Of a stretch of 64,000 bases of DNA, positions 44,790-56,446 are shown piece after piece. Under the pieces are notes generated by a model. It ran no database searches. It was not told the origin of the DNA and was given only the letters and a program-made list of their open reading frames with translations. The DNA lies in the NCBI RefSeq assembly GCF_032444005.1, contig NC_091290.1:131626001-131690000 (forward strand), in the 5' to 3' direction. This DNA comes from Ranitomeya imitator. Lineage: Eukaryota. The position numbers were made by a program, and so were the translations under genes. Numbering within the stretch: position 1 is the stretch's first letter; each line of letters opens with the position of its first letter.

Positions 44790-47700
44790 GTAGGAAAAGC
44801 GTGGAAGAGGAGGCGAAACCAAGGGGAAGCGCAGGGGAGGCGGAAAAAAAGGGAATGCGCAGGGGAGGAGAAACAAGAGGAAGCGCAGGGGAGGAGAAAC
44901 AAGGGGAAGCGCAGGAGAGGAGAAACAAGGGGAAGCGCAGGGGAGGAGAAACAAGGGGAAGCGCAGGGGAGGAGAAACAAGGGGAATCGCAGGGGAGGAG
45001 AAACAAGGGGAAGCGCAGGGGAGGAGAAACAAGGGGAAGCGCAGGGGAGGAGAAACAAGGGGAATGCGCAGGGGAGGAGAAACAAGAGGAAGCGCAGGGG
45101 AGGAGAAACAAGGGGAAGCGCAGGGGAGGAGAAACAAGGGGAAGCGCAGGGGAGGAGAAACAAGGGGAAGCGCAGGGGAGGAGAAACAAGGGGAATCGCA
45201 GGGGAGGAGAAACAAGGGGAAGCGCAGGGGAGGCAAAAAAAAGGGAAAGCGCAGGGGAGGCGTAACACAGGGGGCAGCAATGAGAAGGGGAGGGAAAGAG
45301 TAAGGGAGGGAAAGCACAGGGGGAGGCAATGAGCAGGGAAGGAAAGAGCAGGAGAAGCAAAGTGCATTGGAGGCAAAGCATAGGGGAGGTGAAGCGCAGG
45401 GGGAAGGAAAGAGCAGGGTGAGGTGCAGCACAGGGGGAGGGGAAGAGTACTGGAGGTAAAGCACAGGGGGAGGAAAGAGCAGGGGGGATGGCAAAGCACA
45501 GGGGGGAGGGAAAGCTGTAGGGATAGAGATCCTTTGTAAGTCGAGTTTACAAAACACTGAATACAGGAAGAGGTGATGACCTCACAGGAGGAAGGAAAGC
45601 TGCAGATTTATCATAGAAACTAAAGGTCACCTGTGTTACAATGCAAAATAAAAGATGTCAGTGAATTATCATATTTTAGAGGGCTGGTAACATTAAAAAA
45701 ATGCACTGCATTATTTTTTTGCCTTTTTTTATTGCCTTTATGTCTTTACCTATTGGTTGACTTTACTTGCAGACTCTTTCTCTGCATTGTCTCTTTTTCT
45801 CTGTAGTGGTTTATATTTGCAGTGGCTCTTTTTTTCTGCAGCTGTTCTCTTTGCAGTGGCTCTTTTTCTCTGCAGTGGTTCTTTCACTGCAGTTGCTCTT
45901 TTTCTCTGTAGTGGCTGATTTCTGCAGCGGCTCTTTTTCTCTACGGAGACTCTTTCTCTGCAGCGGCTTTTTGTCTGTAGTGGCTTATTTTCTGCAGTGT
46001 CCCATTTTCTCTGCAGTGCCTCCTTTTCTCAGCAGTGGCTTTCTTTCTCAGCAGTGGCTTTCTTTGTCAGTAGTGACTCTTTTTCTTTGCAGTGGCTTTC
46101 TTTCTCAGTAGTGACTCTTTCTTAGCAGTGACTCTTTTTCTCAGCAGTGGCTTTTTCTCAGCAGTGGCTTTCTTTCTCAGTAGTGGCTCTTTTTCTCAGC
46201 AGTGGCTTTCTTTCTCAGTAGTGGCTTTCTTTCTCAGTAGTGGCTCTTTTTGTTTGCAGTGGCTCTTTTTCTCAGCAGTGGCTTTCTTTCTCAGTAGTGG
46301 CTCTTTTTGTTTGCAGTGGATCTTTTTCTCTGCAGTGGCTTTCTTTCTCAGTAGTGGCTCTTTTTGTTTGCAGTGGATCTTTTTCTCTGCAGTGGCTTTC
46401 TTTCTCAGTAGTGGCTCTTTTTGTTTGCAGTGGCTTTTTCTCTGCAGTGGGCTTTTTGTTTGCAGTGGCTCGTTTTCTCTGCAGTGGTCTCTTTTTCCCT
46501 GTAGTAGGAGTAGAAACAAGCATACATGGTGCAAGTCCATTCAATGTTGATAGGGCTGGCGAACAGACGAGTGATGGCGTTGAAGGGACCTGCATCATGT
46601 GGCATGAACAGAATAATTGGGACCCTCCACTTCTACACCCCAAGCAATCAGGCATTTCCCATCATGCCTAGGTGGCCATTATAGCTCCCAAATAGGTGGT
46701 CGCCTAGCTTTCCCTAGTTGTGCACATGTGATACATCCAGTTGGTTTCCTTTTATGTTTATTTTTTGCTATAATATTTTATGTTTTTGTTTTTACAGAAA
46801 TTTACTGGAACTTTTGTCTATTTTATTCAACCTGCCATCCCAGAAGATGCCATCAGGCAGATCCTCCAACGAGTGGGTTACTCGATAGTGTCCAAAACGG
46901 AATATACGATCAGAGGCAAGATAAATAGTGAAGAAGCCAAGCAGACGGCCTTTGACTTGTATCTGTCGAGAATTCAATGTGACGATATGCTTTGGCGCCT
47001 CAATGAAGATAAATCTGTCTCCATAAGTCTTTTGGTTCATGGGCCTGGCCATGAAGCAAAACATGGAAGTGATCCTACTGGCCAAACTGGTAAAGATACC
47101 AGAGAACCTGAAGAAATACAAAATTTAGATCTTAAAAGCAACCACTCCAGTAATGAAGACCCTATAAAAGCCGTGGAGATGACCATAACCAGTACAAGCA
47201 GCCAAGACGACGTCTCTGATCTTTCCGAGGAGAAGCCACGTTATTATACCAAGCGCATGGACAGCGATGAGTTCCTCTACAACTACAGTGACCTCAACTT
47301 GGCCCAACAGCCAATTTTCCCATTATATATCAAGCCAAAAAAGTGGGTAGCTCCAGTCTCCGAAGAACCAAACTTTGCCAAACCTGATGGATCAGCCAAA
47401 AACGAGGGCAGAGACCTTGCCGAGAAGATCACTTATGACCTACAAGGTGACAACATTGACATAACGACGTTTACGGAACAGCTAGACCCTCCGAAATCTC
47501 TGGTGTCTAATGAATCCCCGGCTGAAGTCATCGTGCCGACTAAGCAAGAGCGCGTGGTGTCCAAACTAAAGATGCTGAACATATCCGGAGAGTCGTTGAC
47601 TTACCCTATCGAGGAAACTGTGCCGCCCGATTTGGCAAAATTTTCTGAAAGCAGCGATTTTGGCAAAATTGAGGTCAAGTGGGCATTCCTGACTACTAAG

Positions 47701-48006
47701 GAGGGCACGGAGAGCTTTGCCAGTCCGATGTCCCCATCTTCTGATTTCTCAATGTTGAATATTTCTGGCAATCCACCGATTTGGACTCCAGGTACCGATA
47801 ATAGGCTCCGAGAGCCACCCAACTCCACATACATTCCACCACGAGCGCCGGGAAACGAGGGTATGAGACTGCCAAATATCAAAGCAGAGGAAAATCACTT
47901 CCAGGTCTCTTCTCCAACCGGAGATGCCCTTCTGGTTAATGAGTATAACATACATGAAGATACCAAGGAGGACTACGTGATGATCACCAAAAAGGACCAA
48001 CACTGA
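44460..48006 (+). CDS. SPATA2-family PUB-domain protein, 512 aa: join(44460..44789,46798..48006)
   Basis: ILELICVNLFLFPWRKEIRTLK|KFTGTFVYF..ILQRVGY..AFDLYLSRIQC matches the SPATA2/SPATA2L PUB domain, with the same phase-0 intron position as recalled; upstream in-frame stop at 44403; acceptor at 44309-10. Confidence 0.88.
44818..45500. repeat. Purine-rich tandem repeat (ggggaagcgcaggggaggagaaacaa)n in the intron
   Basis: Tandem units directly after the splice donor. Confidence 0.9.
45780..46490. repeat. Degenerate tandem repeat (gcagtggctctttttct)n
   Basis: Short tandem units with higher-order ~63-bp copies. Confidence 0.85.
46798..48006 (+). CDS. SPATA2-like coding exon 2
   Basis: ttacag acceptor; ORF 46780..48006; TGA stop. 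Confidence 0.9.
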   Translation, partial: KFTGTFVYFIQPAIPEDAIRQILQRVGYSIVSKTEYTIRGKINSEEAKQTAFDLYLSRIQCDDMLWRLNEDKSVSISLLVHGPGHEAKHGSDPTGQTGKDTREPEEIQNLDLKSNHSSNEDPIKAVEMTITSTSSQDDVSDLSEEKPRYYTKRMDSDEFLYNYSDLNLAQQPIFPLYIKPKKWVAPVSEEPNFAKPDGSAKNEGRDLAEKITYDLQGDNIDITTFTEQLDPPKSLVSNESPAEVIVPTKQERVVSKLKMLNISGESLTYPIEETVPPDLAKFSESSDFGKIEVKWAFLTTKEGTESFASPMSPSSDFSMLNISGNPPIWTPGTDNRLREPPNSTYIPPRAPGNEGMRLPNIKAEENHFQVSSPTGDALLVNEYNIHEDTKEDYVMITKKDQH

Positions 48007-50228
48007 GTCTGATGGACGGGGCTGCGTACTGTGTATACAGGGAGGTCACTAATGCTATTCAGTAGCGCCGCCTAGTGGTGGGTGAAGAAAGTCAGACTTT
48101 TTTTTTTTTTTACTTTTAATTCTTTGCCTGTCGGAGCGAATTCCTGTTCTGAATCAGACTATTGGTAGAAATTTTAGCCAAAGCCAAAACTCAGGGTTTT
48201 TCTGAAGAACTCATCATGAGCAGTCAGACATTCTCAACTTTTGAGGTTTTCTTTTTTTTTAAACTTTGTCCAGAATGGAAAGTTATAAAACTTTGCAAAT
48301 CACCCCAACTTTTCCCCCAGTTAATTTAGATGCATTGATATTGAATCGGACTGATTTGGAGTACAGATGATGGCAGTGATGGGTCAGCTCTTGTCTCCTC
48401 CTCTGAAGGTTCTGCTTTTCAGACGTTTCCTACACTTGGGTCACGTTTACACGCTCAGTATTTGGTCAGTATTTTACATCAGTATTTGTAAGCCAAGACC
48501 AGTGATACAGGAGCTGAGGTGACCCATCACTGCCATCATCTGTGCTCCATAGGAGAACGTCCTGATATCAGAGCAGCTGTGGGCAGAAAATAGTCTGGAG
48601 AAAAGCAGAGGTTTGGAAGCTACTTACATGCTATTTTTTTTTTCTACGGTAATGAAGACCAATCTCCTAATAAAGTGATTTGCAACGTTTCCCTGCTAGA
48701 CAAAATTATGAAAAATAAAATAAAAAGTTTACTTTTTCAGGTGGATATTTAGATAATCATAACGATATATTATTGACTGTGAAGCATCCTCATTATGTAT
48801 GTAGCACAATAAATGATCCTTTTCTATGTATATTTGTTTCTTATCAAATCCTGCCAGCTAAAAAAAAACAAAAAAAAAAGTACTAGAAATTCACTAGTAT
48901 TCTACTCCAGAGCTGCATTCATAATTCTGCTTCTTTGGAAACAAACACATCCCTAACAGTTCATCTGAGCTCCTCCTATATTAATGACTGATAAGTGGCA
49001 AAGCTTCCCAGATTTAGGCAGCAATGACAGATTTCAGCTCTGAAGCCAGTAGAATTACGATTTCAGCTCTGCAGGAGTATAATGCATTTACTTTTTTTTT
49101 AAGTGGAATATTTCACCATGTAAACTCTATAACTGAAGACTCGTCATATATAACCTTCTACCCTCAGCCGTGTAACTTCATGGTTTGTGGAGGGAGAACC
49201 TACATCGGGGGGAATTTAGTTTTTACAGAACTGGGTGAACCGGTTAGTATTTTTTACTGTCCTTTGCTAGGTTTTCATCTTTGGGGTCTTTTTTTGGGGG
49301 GGTTGACTCCTAGAGAGGATAGAAGGTCAAAACTAGTGATGAAAAGTTGTCAGAGAGGTCCAAGTTCTACGTAGTTCCTTCGTATCAATGAGTATGAAAC
49401 TTTTTCAACTTCTTATTAACATACCTAATGGGCTGTATAAGAGACAGATAAGTGACCCTGATGCTGCTGGTCCTAAAGGGAAAATAAGGATGAGTAAATA
49501 TCCCTTTAAAAGAAAAAAGGGACATTTTCGTTAAATAATACAAAAAGGAAGGGAGAGGAGGGGTGTGCAGCTGCAGATTCCCTCTATCTGCCAGACTGCA
49601 CAGGGAGATTAGGGGACATATCTGAAAAAATATATATCAATCTGCTCAGCGGACGCAGCTCTACAACATGCTGCCTGCGGATTAATAACGGGACAGGTTC
49701 CCTTTAAGGCCGTAGGTCTGAGACATAACCCAATAACACCCTATTACACCCAGTTTTGCTTTATGCTTCTGCTGTAAACTGGCCATCATCACAATGCACT
49801 TGCAACAAAAATTTAGAGCACTTTATTATTATTTTTTAATACGGCAACATTGTACAACACAGAAAGGAAAAAATAATGGCTGGACTAAAACAAGGAATAA
49901 ATAAAAAGATAAAGAAATTACGTTTTACCAAAATGACATATCACTATATTCTCTGTACGCTCAGAAGATGCTGAAGCCAAAGAGATCGACCCTTGGTCCG
50001 CGATAGCACTTCCGAGAGAAAGTAGCTGGTCCCCCAAAAATGGTCCGATCCGGGGATCGAGTTAGGTCAACCGTCATGGATAGTCGGCGGCTGTACTGGT
50101 GCACCAAGCTGGCAGCTGTGATTGGCTCAGGGATTAGCAGCGCAAAGGTCAGAAAAATAGCTGCCTCCATAATGTGTCCGCAAGAGGAATACGGACAGTG
50201 TGTGCACGAGAGAGACGACGTTCTAATG

Positions 50229-50306
50229 TCAAGCGGCAAGGATCTTCCCGCGATTCTCTTCATAGTGCTGGATCATCTCCTCCATGCTCTTATCTGCGTC
50301 AATCAC
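50229..50306 (-). CDS. TK2: TK2 exon 10
   Basis: [25 protein letters not shown]. Confidence 0.93.
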   Translation of the reverse strand: MIDADKSMEEMIQHYEENRGKILAA

Positions 50307-53300
50307 CTAAAAAAAAATCAGAAAAGGGAAAATGACACAAGTACGGAGAATGTGAACCCAGATACCGCAGGAGGAGGTGAGCTGTGATATCACCTATTGT
50401 GAATGGTGGATCCTGTGTTATCTACTGTATATAGAGGTGTTATCAGTCATTGTACAGGAGGAGGAGGTGAGCTGTGACATCACCTATTGTGAATGGTGGA
50501 TCCTGTGTTATCTACTGTATATAGAGGTGTTATCAATCATTGTACAGGAGGAGGAGGAGGTGAGCTGTGACATCACCTATTGTGAATGGTGGATCCTGTG
50601 TTATCTACTGTAGATCGAGGTGTTATCAGTCATTGTACAGGAGGAGGAGGTGAGCTGTGACATCACCTATTGTGAATGGTGGATCATGTGTTATCTACTG
50701 TATATAGAGGTGTTATCAGTCATTGTACAGGAGGAGGAGGAGGTGAACTGTGACATCACCTATTGTGAATGGTGGATCCTGTGTTATCTACTGTGTATAG
50801 AGGTGTTATCAGTCACTGTACAGGAGGAGGAGGTGAGCTGTGACATCACCTATTGTGAATGGTGGATCCTGTGTTATCTACTGTGTATAGAGGTGTTATC
50901 AGTCATTGTAGAGGAAGAGGTGAGCTGTGACCACCTATTGTGAACAGTGGATCCTGTGTTATCTACTGTAGATCGAGGTGTTATCAGTCATTGTACAGGA
51001 GGAGGAGGTGAGCTGTGACATCACCTATTGTGAACGGTGGATCCTGTGTTATCTACTGTAGATCGAGGTGTTATCAGTCATTGTACAGGAGGAGGAGGTG
51101 AGCTGTGACATCACCTATTGTGAACGGTGGATCCTGTGTTATCTACTGTAGATCGAGGTGTTATTAGTCATTGTACAGGAGGAGGAGGTGAGCTGTGACA
51201 TCACCTATTGTGAATGATGGATCCTGTGTTATCTACTGCATATACGCAAATATGTTTCTGACCCGACTGCGCGTTCCGGAACAAATGCTATCTAATACGT
51301 TGTGAACTGAATATAATTGTACCAAACCCTCAGCCGTGAGAAGTACCAGGTTTAAGACTACTTTCAGCCATCTGAATTTGAGCCTGATTTCTCACATTCA
51401 CTGACAACAATTGGAGCTTTTGCAAATATGAAGGAATCAAAAGGCAACGTAAAGTGCAGAACTTCACTACACAATTAGTTAAGATGTCCCAACTTTTTAA
51501 AGGTTTGATCCCTGGGGGAGGGGGTTCAATATCTCTGCTTGCTTTCCTTCTGCCGGAACCTTCATTCGGAGCGTAATAAGCAGAAACACTTACGAGAACC
51601 GGCGCTGGCACTGGGAATGAGCTTCGGTCAATCAGCCACTCTTCATAGAGGCCGTGGATGGCGCTCAGATACTCCTGCAAGAGAAAGGCATGCCCGGGCC
51701 GGGACTTGTACTCACATCCATGTTTAATAAGAAGCATCTAACACATGAGCACATGGGTCCCCGCGGAGGGGCACAACCTGATCCCCGGCCGACTTCTCCC
51801 CTGATCCCCGGCCGACTTCTCCCCTGATCCCCGGCCGACTTCTCCCCTGACCCCCGGCCGACTTCTCCCCTGACCCCCGGCCGACTTCTCCCCTGATCCC
51901 CGGCCGACTTCTCCCCTGACCCCCGGCCGACTTCTCCCCTGATCCCCGGCCGACTTCTCCCCTGATCCCCGGCCGACTTCTCCCCTGATCCCCGGCCGAC
52001 TTCTCCCCTGATCCCCGGCCGACTTCTCCCCTGATGCCCGGCCTACTTCTCCCCTGATGCCCGGCCAACTTCTCCCCTGATCCCCGGCCGACTTCTCCCC
52101 TGATTTATGTGCTGACTAAACTGACAGCCCTGCTGGGGACTTTTCTAGGTTCCCAAGAGTGACTGTCCGGAGGTCACACAACCCAGAGATGTGTCGTATC
52201 ACCGAGAAATTCCAAGTCTTTGAATCCCTTTGATCTTGACAGTGACGATCAAAGGGTTAAATGACCAGGATCAGAGCCATCCCCCGATCCTGGACGCTGG
52301 ATAAGAAGCCGAGCTTGCAATATAAGCTCCACACTGGGGTCGCCTTCATAGCTGCCGTAAAAAGTTGTGCTTGTGGCTATTAAGGGGTTAAATGGACCTT
52401 AAAAGGGTTGTCCATGTAAATGATAGTTGATAACTTATTGATAGTTCGGGTCCGACCTCTCGGGCCTGCATCAGTCGGCAGCGCACCTGCCCGACCGCCG
52501 CTCCATTCATTCTCTAAGAAGCTGCCAAGCGCTGGGCTATTCACAGGAGTCACATAGAGAATGAATGGAGCAGCGGTCAGGCATAAAAGTGCCACGTTCT
52601 GCTGATCAGTGAGGGTCCTAGCAGTCGGACCCCCACCGTTCAATAAGTTGTCGCTTATCCGCTGAATAGATGATTACTGTACAGCCCCTTTAAACAATGT
52701 GCATGCAATTAGGATAAGGCTCTTACCAGTGGGATCACCCTCTCTTCCTCTCTGCACCTCATCTTTAGTCTCTGGTAGCACGTTTCAGGGGATGTGCGCA
52801 GATAAACTGTGAAAAAACAAGTTCACATGACGGCATTATTATGCCAAATAGGTGCTGGATTATCAGATATTCCGAATTATCCACTTGTAAGAATAGGAAA
52901 AACAAAACAGTATTTCTATTCCTAATTAATTCTCATTTTTCTTTTTTGGGAAAAGGTGTTCCAAAGTGGCCGCCATGACGCTTTACTTACCTATCAGATC
53001 AACAGAGAGGTCAATATTCTTTGTGATCCAATTAAACCACTCGGTTAACACCACGTAATCCACTTCAGGCATCTTCCCACTACAAAACAGAGGTGGACGG
53101 AGGCGTAAAGGAGGCGTAACAGGTCAGGACCCAATCCATTACTGCTTTTATGCCAGTAATTTAGACAATAAAAAAAGTCTGATAAATCGAGGATTAAACT
53201 CTTATGTAAAAAAAGACAAAACCTAAGATAAAAACAAAGTAAATTAATAAAAAATATCAATAGTGCATGAAAATAACAGAGGATTTAGTTAATTCTAATA

Positions 53301-56300
53301 AAAAAAAAAAGTAAAAGCCATCCAACCACGTCATGGTGACCCTATTCGGGATGGTCCTAACCTACAGGATTAAAACCTTACCATGTATCTAATAACGTAA
53401 ATGTGAAGAAGGGCCGAGCAGGACCAAAACAGCCGTGCCCCCCGCATACTTTTTAAAAAGTTACCAAACTGTTCTAAAACTTTTTACACCAGTTTAGTAA
53501 CTTTCTAAAAAGTTGTAATATAACCTTATTGACTAGATGTAAAGATAAGAAGAAGAAAAAAAAAGTGCCAAATTTGTCAAAGCAGATTGTTTTAACTTTT
53601 CCGTATAGAGCGAATATGTTAAAGGCCGACTACCCCTTTAAGAAAGAGTTGTTTGGGGTTTTTTTTTGTCTTCTTTTTGAGCCTACCTTTTATAAAGGTT
53701 TTCCACAAATATGTACTTTGCGCTATGGATGGACCTCTCCATCATTTTCACCGGAGAGAGCTGCAAAGGAAGACACAGGTAAGAGTCGGGGTGAGGGCGC
53801 ACAGGTGGGGATCCCCAGGAACGGCAATGTGTATCAGATCGTAGGGGGGTCCGGCCGCTCGGATATCCACTGATCATGAAAACGGGAAACTATTGAGATG
53901 ATCGGTGAATGTCCCATTGGTGAGACCCCCTCGTAGTGTAACGAGACCTGTTTTCTCGTGCTTCTGGCAACTGAGGGGATCTCTTCGGTCGTAGGATACC
54001 GGCAGCCTTACCGAGGGCTTGGTGTGGACATCCAGCATTGTGAGCTGCACGTAGGTCTGCAGCGTTAACCCCCATCTTGTCGGATCCGTGTACATGAGAC
54101 CCTGAAAAAAGTATAAAGAATACGAACATGGCGGTAATGTAACCGGCACAGGGTATACGACGGCGGTAATATAACCGGCACAGGGTACACAACGGCGGTA
54201 ATATAACCGGCACAGGGTACACGACGGCGGTAATATAACCGGCACAGGGTATACGACGGCGGTAATATAACCGGCACAGGGTACACGACGGCGGTAATAT
54301 AACCGGCACAGGGTATACGACGGCGGTAATATAACCGGCACAGGTATAAGAACCTGAGATTGTACGATAACTCACCAGTGGATTGTGGCCTTGGACATCT
54401 CTCCATTTTGCAACAGGCTCCGTCATAACCTGAAAAATAAATCAATATATTAAAAAACCGATCGCTAAGCAGAACGACTGCGATTCTCAACGGTACAGAA
54501 GACGTCTTCTCCATCTACCTCCTTCTCGGGAGGAGGACAGGGATTCTGTAACCTATCTGCGCCCTGAGTCACAGGGAAAAGAAAGTGGAAAATGGGCAGC
54601 GTCACGTGGGCAAATGGCAAGTTAACCATCTACATGCTGCTGACAGTGATTGACAGCAGCGTCTAAACGCTTGATCATCCGTGATCGGAGTTAGCTCTGA
54701 TCGCTGCTGTCAGGAGGCAGGTGCTGGATGTACAACACACCCTTATGGAGACATACTTTTACATCAGGGTGGGTGAAGGGGTTAATAAACCCGCCCTATA
54801 GTACACGAATATATAGGGTGATTACCTCCAGGTTGGCAGTATTGGAGAAATATTCCAGACAGCTGGTTTTTCCACTCGCTATGTTTCCCTCCACACAGAT
54901 CTGAAAAGGAAGGATCGAAAGGAGACGGACTTTTCTGCAAATTCTGCGATCGCGCTGCGGCATATATACGTATAATATTACAATGGGCGACACTTACCGT
55001 GCTTTTGCCTTTGTTTTTCAAACCGTTAACTAGAAAGAAGGAAGAAAAAATAGGATCAAATTAATATCCAATTACAAGAGATTTATTTTTATTTGTATTA
55101 TTTATTTAGTATTTAATTTTTATTTATCAACTTTGATGTGGCCGTAAAGCAGTTGAGAAGAACTCAGAAAAAGAACTCTCCCTAATTAGTGAGCTCACCG
55201 ACGGGCCCTCGGTTAACTCATTCTGCAGCCAGCAATATACACAGAGGCTACACAAGGCGAAGGGTCCAACATTTTTAATGACGCTCAATAGTGAAAATCA
55301 TTTTTTGCACAAAATATATGCATTTAACCCCTTTACGACCTTGGATAGATATGTCCAAGCTAGTCTCCCACACTTTGACGCGGGTTCTGGCCCTGAGCCC
55401 GCATCTTTCCCAACGCTTGACAGCTGTCACGTGCCTCTGTAACAGCCGCGGGTGGAGGTGCGCCATTCTACATATGCGGTACAATGAAATCATTGTTATT
55501 AAAGGGTTAATGTAAACTACAGCGAGCAGGTCGGCCTCCTGTGACAGGATGTTCGGCTCCTGACCGCAAGGCGAGATTAACCGTCGCTGTGGGGGAGGCG
55601 GTACATGCAGATATAAAAGGGGCACCGCGGTATAACAACATGGCGCGGAAACAGACAACCCCTTTAAATAGTCATTTTCCATATGCTTTGTTTTGTTACA
55701 TCCTTTTAAAGGGGAAGTTGGGTGACAACCAATATGTCAACCATAACATCATCCACAGAGGTTGTCACCCAAATCTTCATACTGTACAGTGATAGGTCTG
55801 CGACAGGGTACCAATGTATATATATATATATATATACTAGATTGTGGCCCGATTCTAACGCATCGGGTATTCTAGAATATGCATGTCCCTGTAATATATG
55901 GATAATGATGATTCCAGAATTCGCGGCAGACTGTGCCCGTTGCTGATTGGTCGAGGCAACCTTTATGACATCGTCGCCATGGCAACCATTATGACATCAT
56001 CTTCGCTGTGCCCGTTGCTGATTGGTCGAGGCCGAATCAGAGACGCGGGATGTCTACGTCCTTTATGACATCATCGTCGCTGTGCCCGTTGCTGATTGGT
56101 CGAGGCCTGGCGGCCTCGACCAATCAGAGACACGGGATTTCTACTTCGATGCTGTGCCGGTCTCTGATTGGTCGGCCTCGACCAATCAGAGACACGGGAT
56201 TTCTACTTCGATGCTGTGCCGGTCTCTGATTGGTCGGCCTCGACCAATCAGAGACACGGGATTTCTACTTCGATGCTGTGCCGGTCTCTGATTGGTCGAG

Positions 56301-56379
56301 GCCTAGCGGCCTCGACCAATCAGAGAGCAGGGATTTCCAGGACAGACAGACGGACAGACAGATGGAAAAACCCTTAGAC

Positions 56380-56446
<67 letters not shown>

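Noticed and set aside
44790-45557. Extension of ORF 44460..45332 past codon 110, and antisense Pro-rich ORFs
   Set aside because: Read-through into an intronic purine repeat after a clear AAG|GTAGG donor; the PUB domain continues in exon 46798.
50368-51243. Repeated cag|GAGGAGGAG|gtgag microexon-like motifs
   Set aside because: They lie on the strand opposite TK2 and are part of a common satellite unit, with no host transcript on that strand evident.
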